In this document: piece by piece, positions 28,679 through 42,193 of the stretch
Layout of the letters: every line of letters starts with the position of its first letter
Numbering within the stretch: the stretch's first letter is position 1
Source: Eledone cirrhosa
Lineage: Eukaryota
Direction: 5' to 3'
Assembly: GCA_964016885.1 (NCBI GenBank)
Contig: OZ024753.1
Location: 46,624,001-46,688,000 of the forward strand
Length of the DNA: 64,000 bases
Made by a program: the position numbers and the translations under genes
Notes under the pieces: model-generated
What the model saw: the letters and a program-made list of their open reading frames with translations, nothing else
Database searches by the model: none
Told to the model about the DNA's origin: nothing

Positions 28679-28782
28679 AGTGGTTACACAACAGTTAGTT
28701 CACCATACCGATAACGAGCTGAGGATCCGCTAAGGTGAAACAATTGTTCTCGGTATGGTGAACTAACTGTTGTGTAACCACT
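28679..28782. repeat. 33-bp perfect inverted repeat enclosing a hammerhead motif
   Basis: agtggttacacaacagttagttcaccataccga (28679-28711) pairs with tcggtatggtgaactaactgttgtgtaaccact (28750-28782). Confidence 0.9.
28715..28752 (+). ncRNA. Minimal type I hammerhead ribozyme motif
   Basis: CGAG-CTGAGGA-TCC-GCTAA-GGT-GAAA-C-AATT-G-T-T-CTCG: 4-bp stem I, short stem II with a U.U first pair, palindromic stem III ACAATTGT, GUU triplet. Confidence 0.65.
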
Positions 28783-29423
28783 TCTATATATATATATATA
28801 TATATGTATATGCATACACATATGATGTGTGTCAGTGAGTGTGTAAATATATATATGCAGGATAGATGCCAAGCTACACACACAAATTCTTCTGAACATA
28901 GCAGCAGCACACTAAAGCTGACCTGCCAGCTGACCCCTTAACACCACTACCACTACCAACACAATGGAGGAGGTCAGCTGTACTTAAACAAAAACAACTA
29001 CAACAGATTGTCTTGCCTCCGAAAAAATTTCTATAGACTTTTGACTGAGGAATGTTCTCACAACTGACCAATGGGATGCGACAGGAGCTGGACATATCGA
29101 TGTATTGACAGAGTAAAACACACTTCAACAACATGTGTACCTGTCTTTCCCACACCAATTCGGACTGCTTGAAGAGGTCACAGTCAATGATGGCTGTCAC
29201 CGAAATATATATATAGCAGTATATTTATAAGTTATAATAAACGAAGCCAAATTTTACATATTTGACTTAATTATTTTATTTTACATTACTCCCGAGTAAA
29301 CATACCAACCTGCGTAACTCGTAGAGTGCTTCAATCTGCATACCTAGGTGTCGGTAAACAACCAACATATACTCAATCATCATCATCATCATTTTACGTC
29401 CGCCTTTCCCTGCTTGCAAGGGT

Positions 29424-29481
<58 letters not shown>

Positions 29482-30255
29482 TCAAATACACATACATATA
29501 TATGATGTGTGTGTGTATACGATAAAAAAACTATTTACGTTATAAAACACGATTATTTATAAATGTTGATGTTTCTAATCTTTTGTTCGGGTTTACAAGA
29601 CAGACAAGGTTGTCTCCCTTGTTTTACATTCTGTTTTGTGTTGTTTAACTTTTTCTACAATGTGATATAAAAGTTGCTGTTGGCGGTGGTTGTGGTGGTG
29701 CTGGTAGTGGGGGGGGGGGTAGTAATGATGGTGGTGGTAGTGTAGTGGTGGTGGTGGTGGTGGGTGTGGTGGATGTAATGGTGGTGGTAGTGGTGGTTGT
29801 GGTGGTGGTTGTTGCGGTGGTGATGGTGGGGGTGTTTGTAGTGGAGGCGGCGGTGGTGGTGGTGGTGGTGGCATTTGAATTGTGTATGCATGCATGCCTG
29901 TATGTGATTGTGTATATATATATATATGGCAAATCACTGATGAGGGACTAATTTTATAATATGTAATCCATGTGCAACCATGCAGTATTCTTCTCCCCAT
30001 GTTTTTCATATATATATATATATGTGTATATATGTATCATCATCACTTTTACACCAAATTTTCAATACATGCATGGGTCAGATGAGATATTTTGGGGCAA
30101 TATTTTACAGTCACTTATCTTTCCTGACACTGATACCTGATATTACTTTAGTAGCTTCTCACGACACACAGGTATTCAGTAGACTTATTCTAAACTGGCT
30201 ATATATGTGTGTGTGTGCATGCATCTATATGCTTTTTTGTCTTTTTTGTATGAGC

Positions 30256-30298
<43 letters not shown>

Positions 30299-31072
30299 TT
30301 CATTCATTTATTAAGGGTAAATAGTGATTATTGTTATTCTGGAGTCTCACCTGCACACTCACAAGATCATCAAAAATATATATGTGTATACATATATATG
30401 TGTATACATATATATGTGTATATATATATGTGTGTATACATATATATGCATATATATGTGTGTCTGTGTCTGTGTGCTCATATAGATATGAGTGTATGTT
30501 TATGTGTATAAGACAATGAAAGAGATCTCTACATAGTTATTCAACCTGCTAGAAATTGCAACCAAATCACACTCAATTCTTTTTAAAAAAAGTGATGACA
30601 TTGTTGTCTGGGATACACACATACACACACACACACATGCGCACACACACACACACCATCATCATCATCATCATCCATATCTGAACAAGCTATAATGGAC
30701 AACCCTATATAATGTCAATCATTTACCATTTTACATGGCAGTGAAACGTTAACCTTACTTTCACAATTACCTCAGATACTGAAATAATTACTTTTTACTA
30801 AAATCACAAGAAATAACATTTTTCTTCCTTTTAATACATTCATAATTGTTTTCATTTACTTTTTCTATATTTTGAATTATTAATATTTTTAGTTTTTGTT
30901 TTTTGTTTCCACAGCAACATCCATTCATTATGGTTGTTGTGTACATCAGGAGTGGTTCTGTAAGAGTGAGTCTGTGCATGTGGCTATGGTCTAAATATTT
31001 TTGTTTGTATTTAAATGTTGAATGTGATGTGTCGTTGAGTGTGTATATCTCATGCATATGCATGTATGTATG

Positions 31073-31103
<31 letters not shown>

Positions 31104-32369
31104 CTATGTATGTGTATATATGTGTGTGTGTCTATGTATGTGTGTATATATGTGTGTGTGTATATATATGTATATTTATATATATTATATATATATATAT
31201 ATATATTGTATATTTGCTTTTGTACCTGTAATATGTATCATATTATATAATTACATTATATAATTATGTTGTTTTCTGTAATATTTTTGTATAAGTAAGC
31301 ACACACACATTCACACACATACATACACACAAACACATATAGACATACACACACCAACACTCACATACATAGTTGATGTCTAAATTCCAGTGAAAGAGTC
31401 TTGACTCTTTCTTAGAAACCAACTCTCTCTCTGTGAAAATTTATAAAATAGTAAAACCAGAAGAACATATACACACACATAAGTGTGTGTGTGAGTGTGA
31501 TAGATTAAATATTGTGTGTGTGTGTGTGAGTGTGATAGATTAAATATTGTGTGTCTGTGGATGTGTGTATGAAAGTATTTGTAAATATACATGTAATCTA
31601 AGTGTGACAATGTGTGTATGTGTGTGCATGCGTATTTGTAAGTGAACGTTTGCATGCATGTGTGTATGTGCACATGCGTGTCTGTTTGTGTGTGTATGTC
31701 TGAGTTTGAGTATGTGCATGTATGTGCATGCATTTTATGTGTATGAATGTGTGTGTATTTGTATATATATGTATGTATATGTATGTATGTATATATGTGT
31801 GTATATGTGTGTATGCATGTATATATATGTGTATGTATATATGTGTGTATGTATGTATATTTATGTGTATGTATGTATATATGTGTGTATATGTGTGTGT
31901 GTATGTATGTATATGTATGTATGTATATATGTGTGTATGTGTGTGTATGTATGTATATTTATGTGTATGTATGTATATATGTGTGTATATGTGTGTGTGT
32001 GTATGTATACAGAGATTTTCCTGAGAATTTCAAGACAACTGTAAATGGCACTTTCTATAAAATATTCAAAAAGATTATATTTACTGCCCAACACATACAC
32101 ACACATACACACAGATACACACACACACACACACATACACACATACATACAGTCACACATATACACATACACGCACATACATACCTGTACTTACATATGC
32201 CTCCATACATGTTTACACACACAAATGCATACAACCATACGTACACCAACACCATCACCACCTACTACTACTACTACTACTAACACTGTTACTATTATTA
32301 CCAATACCACAATTACTAGCACTTATACTAACCCTACCTTCCCCCATCCCCCAACAATACTATAACAAC

Positions 32370-32942
32370 CACTGCCATCATCACCACCACTACCATCATC
32401 ATCACCACCACCACCACTACCATCACCACCACCACCACTACCATCATCACCATCACCACTACCATCATCACCACCACCACTACCACCATCACCACTACCA
32501 TCATCACCACCACCACCACTACCATCACCACCACCACCACTACTACCATCATCACCACCACCACTACCATCATCACCACCACCACCACCACCACCACTAC
32601 CATCATCATCACCATCGCCACTACCACAGCCACCACTACCATCATCACCACCACCACCATTACCACAGCCACCACTACCATTATTGTAACCACCATTACC
32701 ATCATCACCATCATCACTCTCTCCTCCACCACCATTACTACAACCACCATTACTCTTCTCTCCTCCACCAACACAACCACCTACACATCCACCACCTTTA
32801 CCACTGCCATCACTACCATTCTCACCACCACCACCACCACCACACCACCAGCACAACCACCAACAGCAACACCACAACCACCACCACCACCAGCACAACC
32901 ACCAACAACAACACCACCACCAGCAACACCACCATCAACACC

Positions 32943-32974
<32 letters not shown>

Positions 32975-33088
32975 CACCACCACCACCATGAACAACAACA
33001 CCACCACCACCACCACCATCAACACCACCACCACCACCAACACCAACAACAACACCACCACCGCCATCAACACCACCACCAACACTGC
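32370..33088. repeat. (ACC/ATC/AAC)n low-complexity tract
   Basis: Direct inspection; it produces the poly-G and poly-V pseudo-ORFs. Confidence 0.95.
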
Positions 33089-33354
33089 CATCGTAGTAAA
33101 ATATGCTGAGGAATTTAATTGCAAAAGGAATGTTTATGCCTGCACGTGAATGGCAGAAAATGCACTTAGTTGCATTTCAAAGTGTCTCTCGACTGCATTA
33201 CTGTCTGTGAGTCAGCATACGGTGTATGTATGTGCACACATGCATTGTGGTGTGCAATCCTCTATGTACATTTATACTGCAGCACAGGTACAACATTCAC
33301 ACATCGAGATAGGTTGATAGGAGTAAGGTGGGGGTAGATAGGAAAGTAGTGGGT

Positions 33355-33490
33355 GATAGATAGGTAGATGGATAGATAGATAGATAGATGGATAGATAGG
33401 TAGGTAGGTAGGTAGGTAGGTAGATAGATAGATAGGTAGGTAGGTAGGTAGATAGATAGGTAGGTAGGTAGATAGATAGATAGATAGGTA
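33355..33490. repeat. (GATA/GGTA)n tetranucleotide repeat
   Basis: Direct inspection. Confidence 0.95.
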
Positions 33491-33571
33491 TATACATGCA
33501 TAGACAGACAGATAAGCCAAATATATTTTAAATTATATGTATTTATAATATATGTATATTGATAATTACAC

Positions 33572-33647
<76 letters not shown>

Positions 33648-33651
<4 letters not shown>

Positions 33652-33805
33652 GGTAATTGCTGGCCTTGTGCCTAAAGTAGAAACAATTATTTATTATTAT
33701 TATTAAATCATCATTTGCCTTTCATCCTAACGGGGTCGATAAAATAAAGTACCAGTAATGCACTGGGTGATTGCTGGCCTTGTGCCATAAGTAGAAACAA
33801 TTATT
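33648..33805 (+). mobile_element. Two adjacent 5'-truncated SINE family B 3' fragments
   Basis: ctgggtaattgctggccttgtgcctaaagtagaaacaattatt followed by tttgcctttcatcc...gtagaaacaattatt. Confidence 0.85.
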
Positions 33806-34442
33806 AAATCATCAGGAAAGTCCTGAGAATGTCTTATGATTGAAACAGTTCTAGTCCTGTAGAAGTCATTTCTATAATAAAATGAATATATATATATATA
33901 ATGATGTGCATGGTTGTGTGCATGGTCTTATTGTTCTTTTACTGGTTTTAGTCATTGTACCGTGACCATGCTGGGAACATTTTAATCAATCATATCAATA
34001 CCCCTCCCCCATCACATATTCCAATCTGATTGATATCATATTGATCTATACCTAATGACATTCACTTTATTTCAATAAATCAATGTAGAAATTTTAGGGA
34101 TTAACTAAAATTATTAATCATGTATCTGTTTTAGAATAAGGACACCATATCCTTTCATATTGTAAGAAGCTACTAAAACGGTTGGTGTCTGGAAGGACTC
34201 CAGCTGTAAAACAATGCCTCATAGGTCCTTTGAAAGCCATGCCAACATGGAAAAGTCAGTGTTTAAATTATGATATATATATATATATTCATTTTATTAA
34301 GACTAAATAGTGAGTCTTGTTACTCTGGAGTTTCGCCTGTTTATCACAGTGTCATCATAAATAAGATGTAGTGAGCTCAGACAGAGAAAGTAACTAAGTC
34401 CAGGTTAGTAACAACTGACTGCTATTATTTTCTGTATCTGAG

Positions 34443-34619
34443 AATTGGCAGTATCGGTAGAGGGTTGTACGCCATGCTTTCTAGCATAGTTACATCCCTT
34501 TATGGTCTGAGTTCAAATCCCGTCGAGGTTAACTTTGCCTTTCATCCTTATGGGGTCGATAAAATAAAGTACCAGTAATGTATTGGGTATTTGCTGGCCT
34601 TGTGCCAAAAGTAGAAACA
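34443..34619 (+). mobile_element. SINE family B with a 19-bp target-site duplication
   Basis: ATTATTTTCTGTATCTGAG at 34424-34442 and 34620-34638. Confidence 0.92.
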
Positions 34620-35441
34620 ATTATTTTCTGTATCTGAGCCATAACTACATCTTCTATAAATATATTTTTTCTGTGCTTCGTAAGTGATGAGTTGAATATA
34701 TAAATCTCAGTACTTAAATGGTATTTATTTTATCGACCCCAGAAGGGTAAAAAGCAAAGTTGACGTTGGCAGAATATGAATCCAGTATATAAGGAGCCCA
34801 ACAAATGCTGTAATTCATTTCATCCAAGACACTAATGATTCTGCCCAATCAAGCACCATTTAAAGAAGAACATAATGAAAGCTGTATACTTAAAAGACAA
34901 TGGTTAGTTTGGAATTGGAGAATCTTCTGGAAGAAATATCATGAAGAGCTGAAATCACAGATTTTATGGTGTTTAGAAATAGATTCTGTTTGAAGGAGAT
35001 GCAGGGAGTAGGGAGAGAGGGTTGGCAGGGAGAGACTGATAAATAGAGTAAATGAGAGGGAGGGGGTAGTGTGAGAGAGCAGGGAGAGAGTGTAAGAGAG
35101 AGAGAGAGACAGTCAGACAGAAAGACAGCCGGACAAAATGAGAAGGGGAGGGAAAGAGAAAGAGGAGGGAATCTTGTGGTATTTCACATGGAAACATTGA
35201 TGTGATGTTGAAATTCTTCCGACATATGTATCATAAGATGTGTGTGTGTATGTATATGTCAGTGTGTGTATACGTCTGTGTGAATATGAGAATGTGTGTA
35301 AATATAGATCAAAATAAATTATCTCAATCATATTCTACCATAAATAGCTCCATGAACATAAAGGGTAAAACCCAAATTTCCAGAGCTTCATTTCCAAAAT
35401 TTATATATGTATATACACGCACACATATACACACACACACA

Positions 35442-35506
<65 letters not shown>

Positions 35507-35522
35507 TATATATATATAATAT

Positions 35523-35619
<97 letters not shown>

Positions 35620-35624
35620 TATAT

Positions 35625-35697
<73 letters not shown>

Positions 35698-35835
35698 CAC
35701 ATATATATATTCTTTTATCATTTCAGTTAGTAGAATGCGCCCATCAAGCTGGAGCACTACCTTAACTTTATCAATCTCTTTTTGTTGAACTGCTAAGTAT
35801 GACACACAACACATATATACATATACGATGGGCTT

Positions 35836-35928
35836 ACTTTGCCTTTCATCGTTATGGGGACAATAAAATAAAGTACCAGTAATGCACTGGGTAAATGGTG
35901 GCCTTGTGCCAAAAGTAGAAACAATTAT
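35836..35928 (+). mobile_element. Truncated SINE family B nested in an older CORE-type SINE
   Basis: actttgcctttcatcgttatggggacaataaaataaagtaccag...gtagaaacaattatt. Confidence 0.8.
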
Positions 35929-36137
35929 TTAATCTGTGGCTTTAGAAGAAGACACTTACCTGAGGTACCACTGGATGGGACTGAACCCAGAGCTAACATA
36001 TATATAGGAAGGGCATCCAGCTGTAGTAACTGTGTTAAAACCAGGAGGTTTGTAAGACAGATAGTAGCTACAATTAAGTACTCAGTTTGTGAAAACCCAT
36101 CCAATCTATGCCAGCACAGGAAACAACAGAGCTTAAA

Positions 36138-36199
<62 letters not shown>

Positions 36200-36661
36200 A
36201 TATGTGAGTGTGTTCATGTGTGTGTATGGCATGTACACACACATGTCTTCCCATCACCAATCTGTTACACAACACACACATACACACCACCACTGACATC
36301 ACTGCCTCCACCACTGCCATCATTCTACAATATAAATTAGTATTCTTTTCAAAGAAGTGTTTGCTTATTAAAATGTAATTTTTTCCTAGCATTATTAATC
36401 TCAGTGCAATCTTTGATGGCATTGATATGCAGCTGCACATTTGTAAATGCAGATGTTAGCAAGGCAGCAGGTTAACTATGCACCCTCTACCATTTCATGC
36501 ATGCGTTCCTACATTGAAAAATGTGTCACAATCAGCAGCAGCAACATCACTGAAATCTCTATCATCATCATCTCAATGAGCAAGTGTCTTCTACTATAGC
36601 TTAAGATAAGGCAATATCTCGTGAATTAATTTGGGTGACAGAAACTGAGGAGATCCATCAT

Positions 36662-36697
<36 letters not shown>

Positions 36698-36844
36698 ATA
36701 TCATCATCATCATCACCACAAGCATGGGTTAGACAGGTTGTCTTGTTGGGTCCGCTGACCATGTCTTCCTCATTCAGAACTGTTTCCGGCTTGTGTGTTG
36801 CGTGCTTTTTGCCATGTCACCATCACAACCAATTGTGATGGTGT

Positions 36845-36885
<41 letters not shown>

Positions 36886-36982
36886 TATATATCTATATAC
36901 ATAGTTGACCGTGGTTACATATTACAAAAGAATGAGTCTTAGTTATGTAAATATAGAGGCAATGTATATATTAATATATATA

Positions 36983-37170
36983 ATAATTGTTTCTACTTTT
37001 GGTACAAGGCCAGCAATTACCCAGTGCATTACTGGTACTTTATTTTATCGGCCCCGTAAGGATGAAAAGTAAAGTTAATCTCGGTGGGATTTGAACTCAG
37101 ACCATAAAGGGCTGTAACTCTTTTGCTGCAAAGAATGGCGTCATACCCTCTATCGATACTGCCAATCCAC
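36983..37170 (-). mobile_element. SINE family B, near full length
   Basis: Reverse complement of the 17976-18167 type sequence. Confidence 0.9.
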
Positions 37171-37532
37171 CATAATAATGGTGCCACATTCAAGAAACTA
37201 TTTTTCAATGCAACACTAAATGTACTAAAACACACACATTAAAAACATAAATTACGAAATTGTTTTTATATATGTGAGTGTGTATACATGCCTGTGAAAG
37301 TGCGTACTTATAAAGAGATGGGGAAATGAACAGACCTGCTTTTTCTCAAAAGCATTTTTTTCATTCTGCCCTTGCTCACTCTCCTCTTTTTATTTCTTCA
37401 TTAATTTCTCATTCTATTTTCTGATAAAGGATAGCATCCAAAATGTTGAGACTTTTCCTACTATATTAAGCGTGAAACTAATATATATCTTAATTGTACT
37501 TCATTATCTCTTCTGTTTTCCATTTTGTATAT

Positions 37533-37573
<41 letters not shown>

Positions 37574-37578
37574 TATAT

Positions 37579-37679
37579 AATAGCATAGAAAATGGACGTT
37601 AAACGATGATGATGATATATATATATATATATATATATATAATAGCTTGGAAAATGGACGTTAAACGCTGATGATGATG

Positions 37680-37771
<92 letters not shown>

Positions 37772-37801
37772 GCTTGGAAAATGGATGTTAAACGATGATG
37801 A

Positions 37802-37806
<5 letters not shown>
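37579..37806 (+). repeat. Three ~38-nt RTE/SINE tail units separated by (TA)n
   Basis: aatagc..gaaaatgga(c/t)gttaaacg(atg)n starting at 37579, 37641 and 37768. Confidence 0.85.
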
Positions 37807-37864
<58 letters not shown>

Positions 37865-38443
37865 TGGGGAGAGAAAGAGAAAAATATTGAAAATATCGAA
37901 ACATTTAATATATAATATACAGACATGTACACATATACATATATAATGCAAAATCTACAGACTGTTATATACACACACAAACACACACATAAACACTCAC
38001 ACATGCACTCATAAACACATACAGACCCAGAGGCACATGTATATACTGACATAGACACACACACATAAATATACACAGACACACACACATACAAACACAG
38101 ACACACACAAATACACACAGACACACATACACAAACACACACACGCAAATACACACGCAGACACACACACACAAATACACACACACATACAAACACAGAC
38201 ACACACACAAATACACACACATGAAAGCTGAGAAATTTAATTAAGGTACCATTTCATGTTGTAACGAAATAAAGCGTAATTTGAAGGAATTCCGAGTTGG
38301 AAGAGAGAGGGAGAGTGACAGGGTTAGTGATTGTTACTATTATTATTATCATTATTATTATTATTATTAATTGTTTTTTCATTAGTACTGCCGCTGCTGC
38401 TGTTTCTATTTTTCTTTTTTCTTTCTTTGCTGTCTGTGTTCAG

Positions 38444-39100
38444 TTCCCATGGTAACATATTTCTCCGTCCATGTTTGGAAAATTCCTGTAAAATCCGACT
38501 GTTCTGCCAATATTCTGATGGTTCTATAATCATCCTGATATTACAGTCAGCAGATATATCGTCTGGAAAAACAGTTAACACACATTTGATGGCAGCAGTT
38601 TAGCCAATACCGTATGGCTCAACATCTAGCTGATGGGCGAATACTTTTTTTCATCATTTTTATATTTTGGAGAGTTTTATTGTTTAATTCTTAACATCCA
38701 GTAATGATTGAACAGAAAATATTTTTTAAATGCGTTTGTTAATTCAAATGTTTATTGTATCCTAAACTAGTGGAAACATTTGCAATATTATATTAATTTA
38801 ATTTTTAATGTGATGCTGTCATAGTGTTGTTTTTGTACTTTTTAAGAATGTCTTGCTAATGTGGGTTAATATGGTACAGGACTTTATCAGTTAAGATTCT
38901 TAAGATTCTTCGATTATCAGGAGAATTTATTGATTTTTATTTTATTTTTATATATATTATTATTTTTTTTTAATTCTTTGGTAAATTTGCTTGTAATGTG
39001 TTGTTGTTGTAATATTGTGATATTGTGTTCTATATTGTTGTTGTAATATTGTATTTGTTATTCAACACTTAACATGAAATTAAATGCTAAATTAGAATAC
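38444..39100 (+). other. Candidate alternative terminal exon of the CELF gene (28 codons plus U-rich 3' UTR-like tract)
   Basis: Strong acceptor ttctatttttcttttttctttctttgctgtctgtgttcag. In phase 1 it reads VPMVTYFSVHVWKIPVKSDCSANILMVL* (TAA 38527-38529), followed by ~550 nt of microsatellite-poor U/GU-rich sequence and ATTAAA at 39079. Confidence 0.3.
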
Positions 39101-39164
39101 TACTTGTGGATAGTAATTTATTTATCTGCCTCTTCCCAACTCTCACCTCTTTATGTATGTGTCA

Positions 39165-39430
39165 GTAGCGAAGGGTAACCTGGAGAGCAGTCTAATCACC
39201 ATGGCGGAAAGTGGGGCTGTGCAGCCTTACCCCCCCCCCCCCCCCCCACCAATTCCCTCTAAATGACCCTCCCGGTCAAAGCCGCATGTAGTGTTATCTA
39301 GTGTGTGTGTGTTATCTTTTTATGTGTCTACGATTTAGTAAGCAGTCAAAATTCTGCTTGCTTCAACCAACGCAATTGATCAACTCAAGATTCTATAACG
39401 CATGCACGGACCCTTCGTCCCTGGTATGTG
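39165..39430 (+). mobile_element. Possible Penelope-like GIY-YIG C-terminal relic
   Basis: Fragments LPVKAACSVI* and QLKIL...HARTLRP resemble D.LP...S.VIY and L.ILE.L.I...P of Penelope endonucleases; badly decayed. Confidence 0.3.
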
Positions 39431-39595
39431 TGTGTATGAGTGTGTACATGTATATGTATCATGCATGCACATGTTTATATATATATATATGTGTGTGTGT
39501 AAATATGTGATTAAAAGACAGTGGTGGAATTTGAAAATTGAATTGAATTAGTAAGTTTTGCCCTTATTTTTTACTACAGAAACTAGTCTAATAAT

Positions 39596-39775
39596 TGTTT
39601 CTACTTTTGGCACAAGGCCAGAAATTACCCAGTGCATTACTGGTACTTTATTTTATCGACCCCATAAGGATGAAAGGCAAAGTTAACCTCGGCGGGATTT
39701 GAACTCAGACCATAAAGGGATGTAACTATATGTGTCAAAGCATGGCGTCCGACCCTCTACTGATACTGCAAACCC
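39596..39775 (-). mobile_element. SINE family B with a 10-bp target-site duplication
   Basis: GTCTAATAAT at 39586-39595 and 39776-39785. Confidence 0.9.
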
Positions 39776-39939
39776 GTCTAATAATAACAGGATATATAAC
39801 CCCTTAGAATGAAAAAACTAGACATCAACATGCATGGGAATTCAATCTATATCTCTTGTTTCTGTATCTCTTATTTCATAAGATGCCCTTTACACTATTT
39901 CTGAAGTAAAAAATACAACAAAAGTTACTCATTCAATTC

Positions 39940-40009
<70 letters not shown>

Positions 40010-41213
40010 TGTATGTATGTATGTATGTATGTACGTATGTACGTACACACATATATATATAGGGGTGATTCAATGAATTACTAGTGGAGGAACCAAGTAC
40101 CAATATGAGTACTCAATGTACAGACAGTGTGCATATAACAAGAAAAAAAATGATGAAGTTTTGTTTCCATGTTTTTATGTTTTTTTTATTGCGTATCGAC
40201 CTGTTATGCGTGTTTCAAAGATGATTGGTCCCAGGTCACCTATGGAAGCTATGGACCTGACTCCAGCATCGATATAGTTGTCAGACTGGTGATTCAACAG
40301 AAAATACAGTGTTTGTGGTGATCAGTAAAATGTTGGGTGTATATAAACATCAGCCCTATTTGTGTGTGTGTGTGTGTAATTGGAGCAGATTAGTTGTTAT
40401 TTGTCTGAGAGGGCTGGAGTATGGTTTTAAAGGATGTGTTTGAATTAGATTTACAACAGGTGCAGTATGGTCTGCTGAGTAGAATTGGTGGTAGGATTGT
40501 GGTTTTTGTTTGCTTGAATTTGTGGACAGCATGGGTTTCATTTGACTTTGTTTATGCTCTAGTTGAAGCAAACACAGTCTTAGTTATAGTACAGGTCCAG
40601 TACAATGAAATATATTCATATTTGATTGAGATGAAGGACAGTAGCTGTGACATTCTCAGGGACTCCATCACTGATGAACAAGCAAAGGAAAGTATCTTCA
40701 TGTCTGAGTTATAACCAGAATAAACTAGCTTCAGAATTGATTCTACTAAAGTCACTCAATAACCAATGTGGGTGTTTGTAGATACCAAAGTATGGGACTC
40801 AATATAACTGACTTACAAAATAAGATATTAACCCCTTCAAGGTTGTCCCCAGCAGAGCTACACTCCAATGATTCAAAGCTTTAAAAGATGAATAAAAGAA
40901 ATGAATATTGAAATCAATACTGCCAACTAATGCAACACTCATCAATTTTACAATGTTTTTGCTACTTGTAGCATTGTGTTGTAGCTCTCCTGTGGTTTCT
41001 AGTTACAGCTAGGTGGCCTGAGCTATTAGCAGCTAAGTGTCTTGGCCTCATATATATATATTGATGTTAATAACGTTCACACATTTTCATAAAATGGTGT
41101 GTCAATCTGTCACTGTGTGAATGCATATGTGCATGTGTGTGTACATGCATGTGTGTGTGTGTGTGTATATATATATATGTATGTATGTATGTTTATGTTC
41201 ATGTACATGTGTG

Positions 41214-41255
<42 letters not shown>

Positions 41256-42143
41256 GAGAGAGAGAGAGATATCGCAAGGTCTGTCAGTAAATGTGAACAA
41301 AGACCTTTCTGGCGACTACCTAACCTAATTTGTGTCACTATGGAAAAGTAGATGTAAACCTGATATTTTTGTCTTCATCGTTTTTACAGCCACTTTCCCA
41401 TGCTGGTATAGGTTGGGCAGGATAAGTTGAGGCAATGTTTTACACACCTGCCTATAAATAATGTCATCTATACACCTGCCTATAGATAATAAGGTCAATA
41501 TAACTATTTATAGATTATGGACTCTATATAACTATCTATAGATTATGGGCTCTCTATACCTGGCTATAGATTATGGGCTCTTTATACCAACAACACAACC
41601 ATCATCTACACCACCACTGCCAGCAATGCCACCACCAACCTCATCACTATCAACCTCATCACTATCTCTGCCTCTCTCTTTCTGAATAGGAAACTGCTTG
41701 TCTTCAATCCTTTTAAATGTGTCCACTACACAACTTCTTTTGCTATGGCCACCCAGCAGATAAAGACTACCTGTCATTCCTGGCTGAAGGAAGGCAGCAT
41801 TCTTCACTGTGAACTCAGCTGATTGTCAGATCCATCCTACATGAGAAAGCAGGTGTTCAACGTCAACCCACATGTCAACAATACCCAGACACCTGAGTAC
41901 ATGCAGGACAATATTGTCGCCCTGAGCACATTGTGAAAGTGTATGTAATGGATTTCTCACACCTTAAAGTGATTTCCAAGACTGAACCAAGCATGCACAC
42001 ACACACACACACACACACACCTGCACATTCACACATTGCACACACAGTATTCTATCAAGGTAATTGTTTACCTGTGGACTAACAGTGGTGTAGTTGTTGG
42101 TGATGGTGGGATTGATAGTAGGTGGCGGTGGTGGTTGTGGTAG

Positions 42144-42193
<50 letters not shown>

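Noticed and set aside
31600-32010. TGCATG (Rbfox) motif clusters
   Set aside because: They arise readily within TG/CA microsatellite decay and are far from any supported exon.
38444-38451. 8-nt microexon TTCCCATG|gtaaca
   Set aside because: Weak donor and not frame-preserving.
38324-38581. Minus-strand ORF DDISADCNIRMIIEPSEYWQ... with a tttttccag acceptor
   Set aside because: I recognise no homology and see no partner minus-strand exons, and its tail is an (AAT)n repeat. The + strand reading fits the host gene better, but this one is not fully excluded.
40940-41030. miRNA-like hairpin
   Set aside because: Pairing is short and interrupted, and I recognise no mature miRNA.
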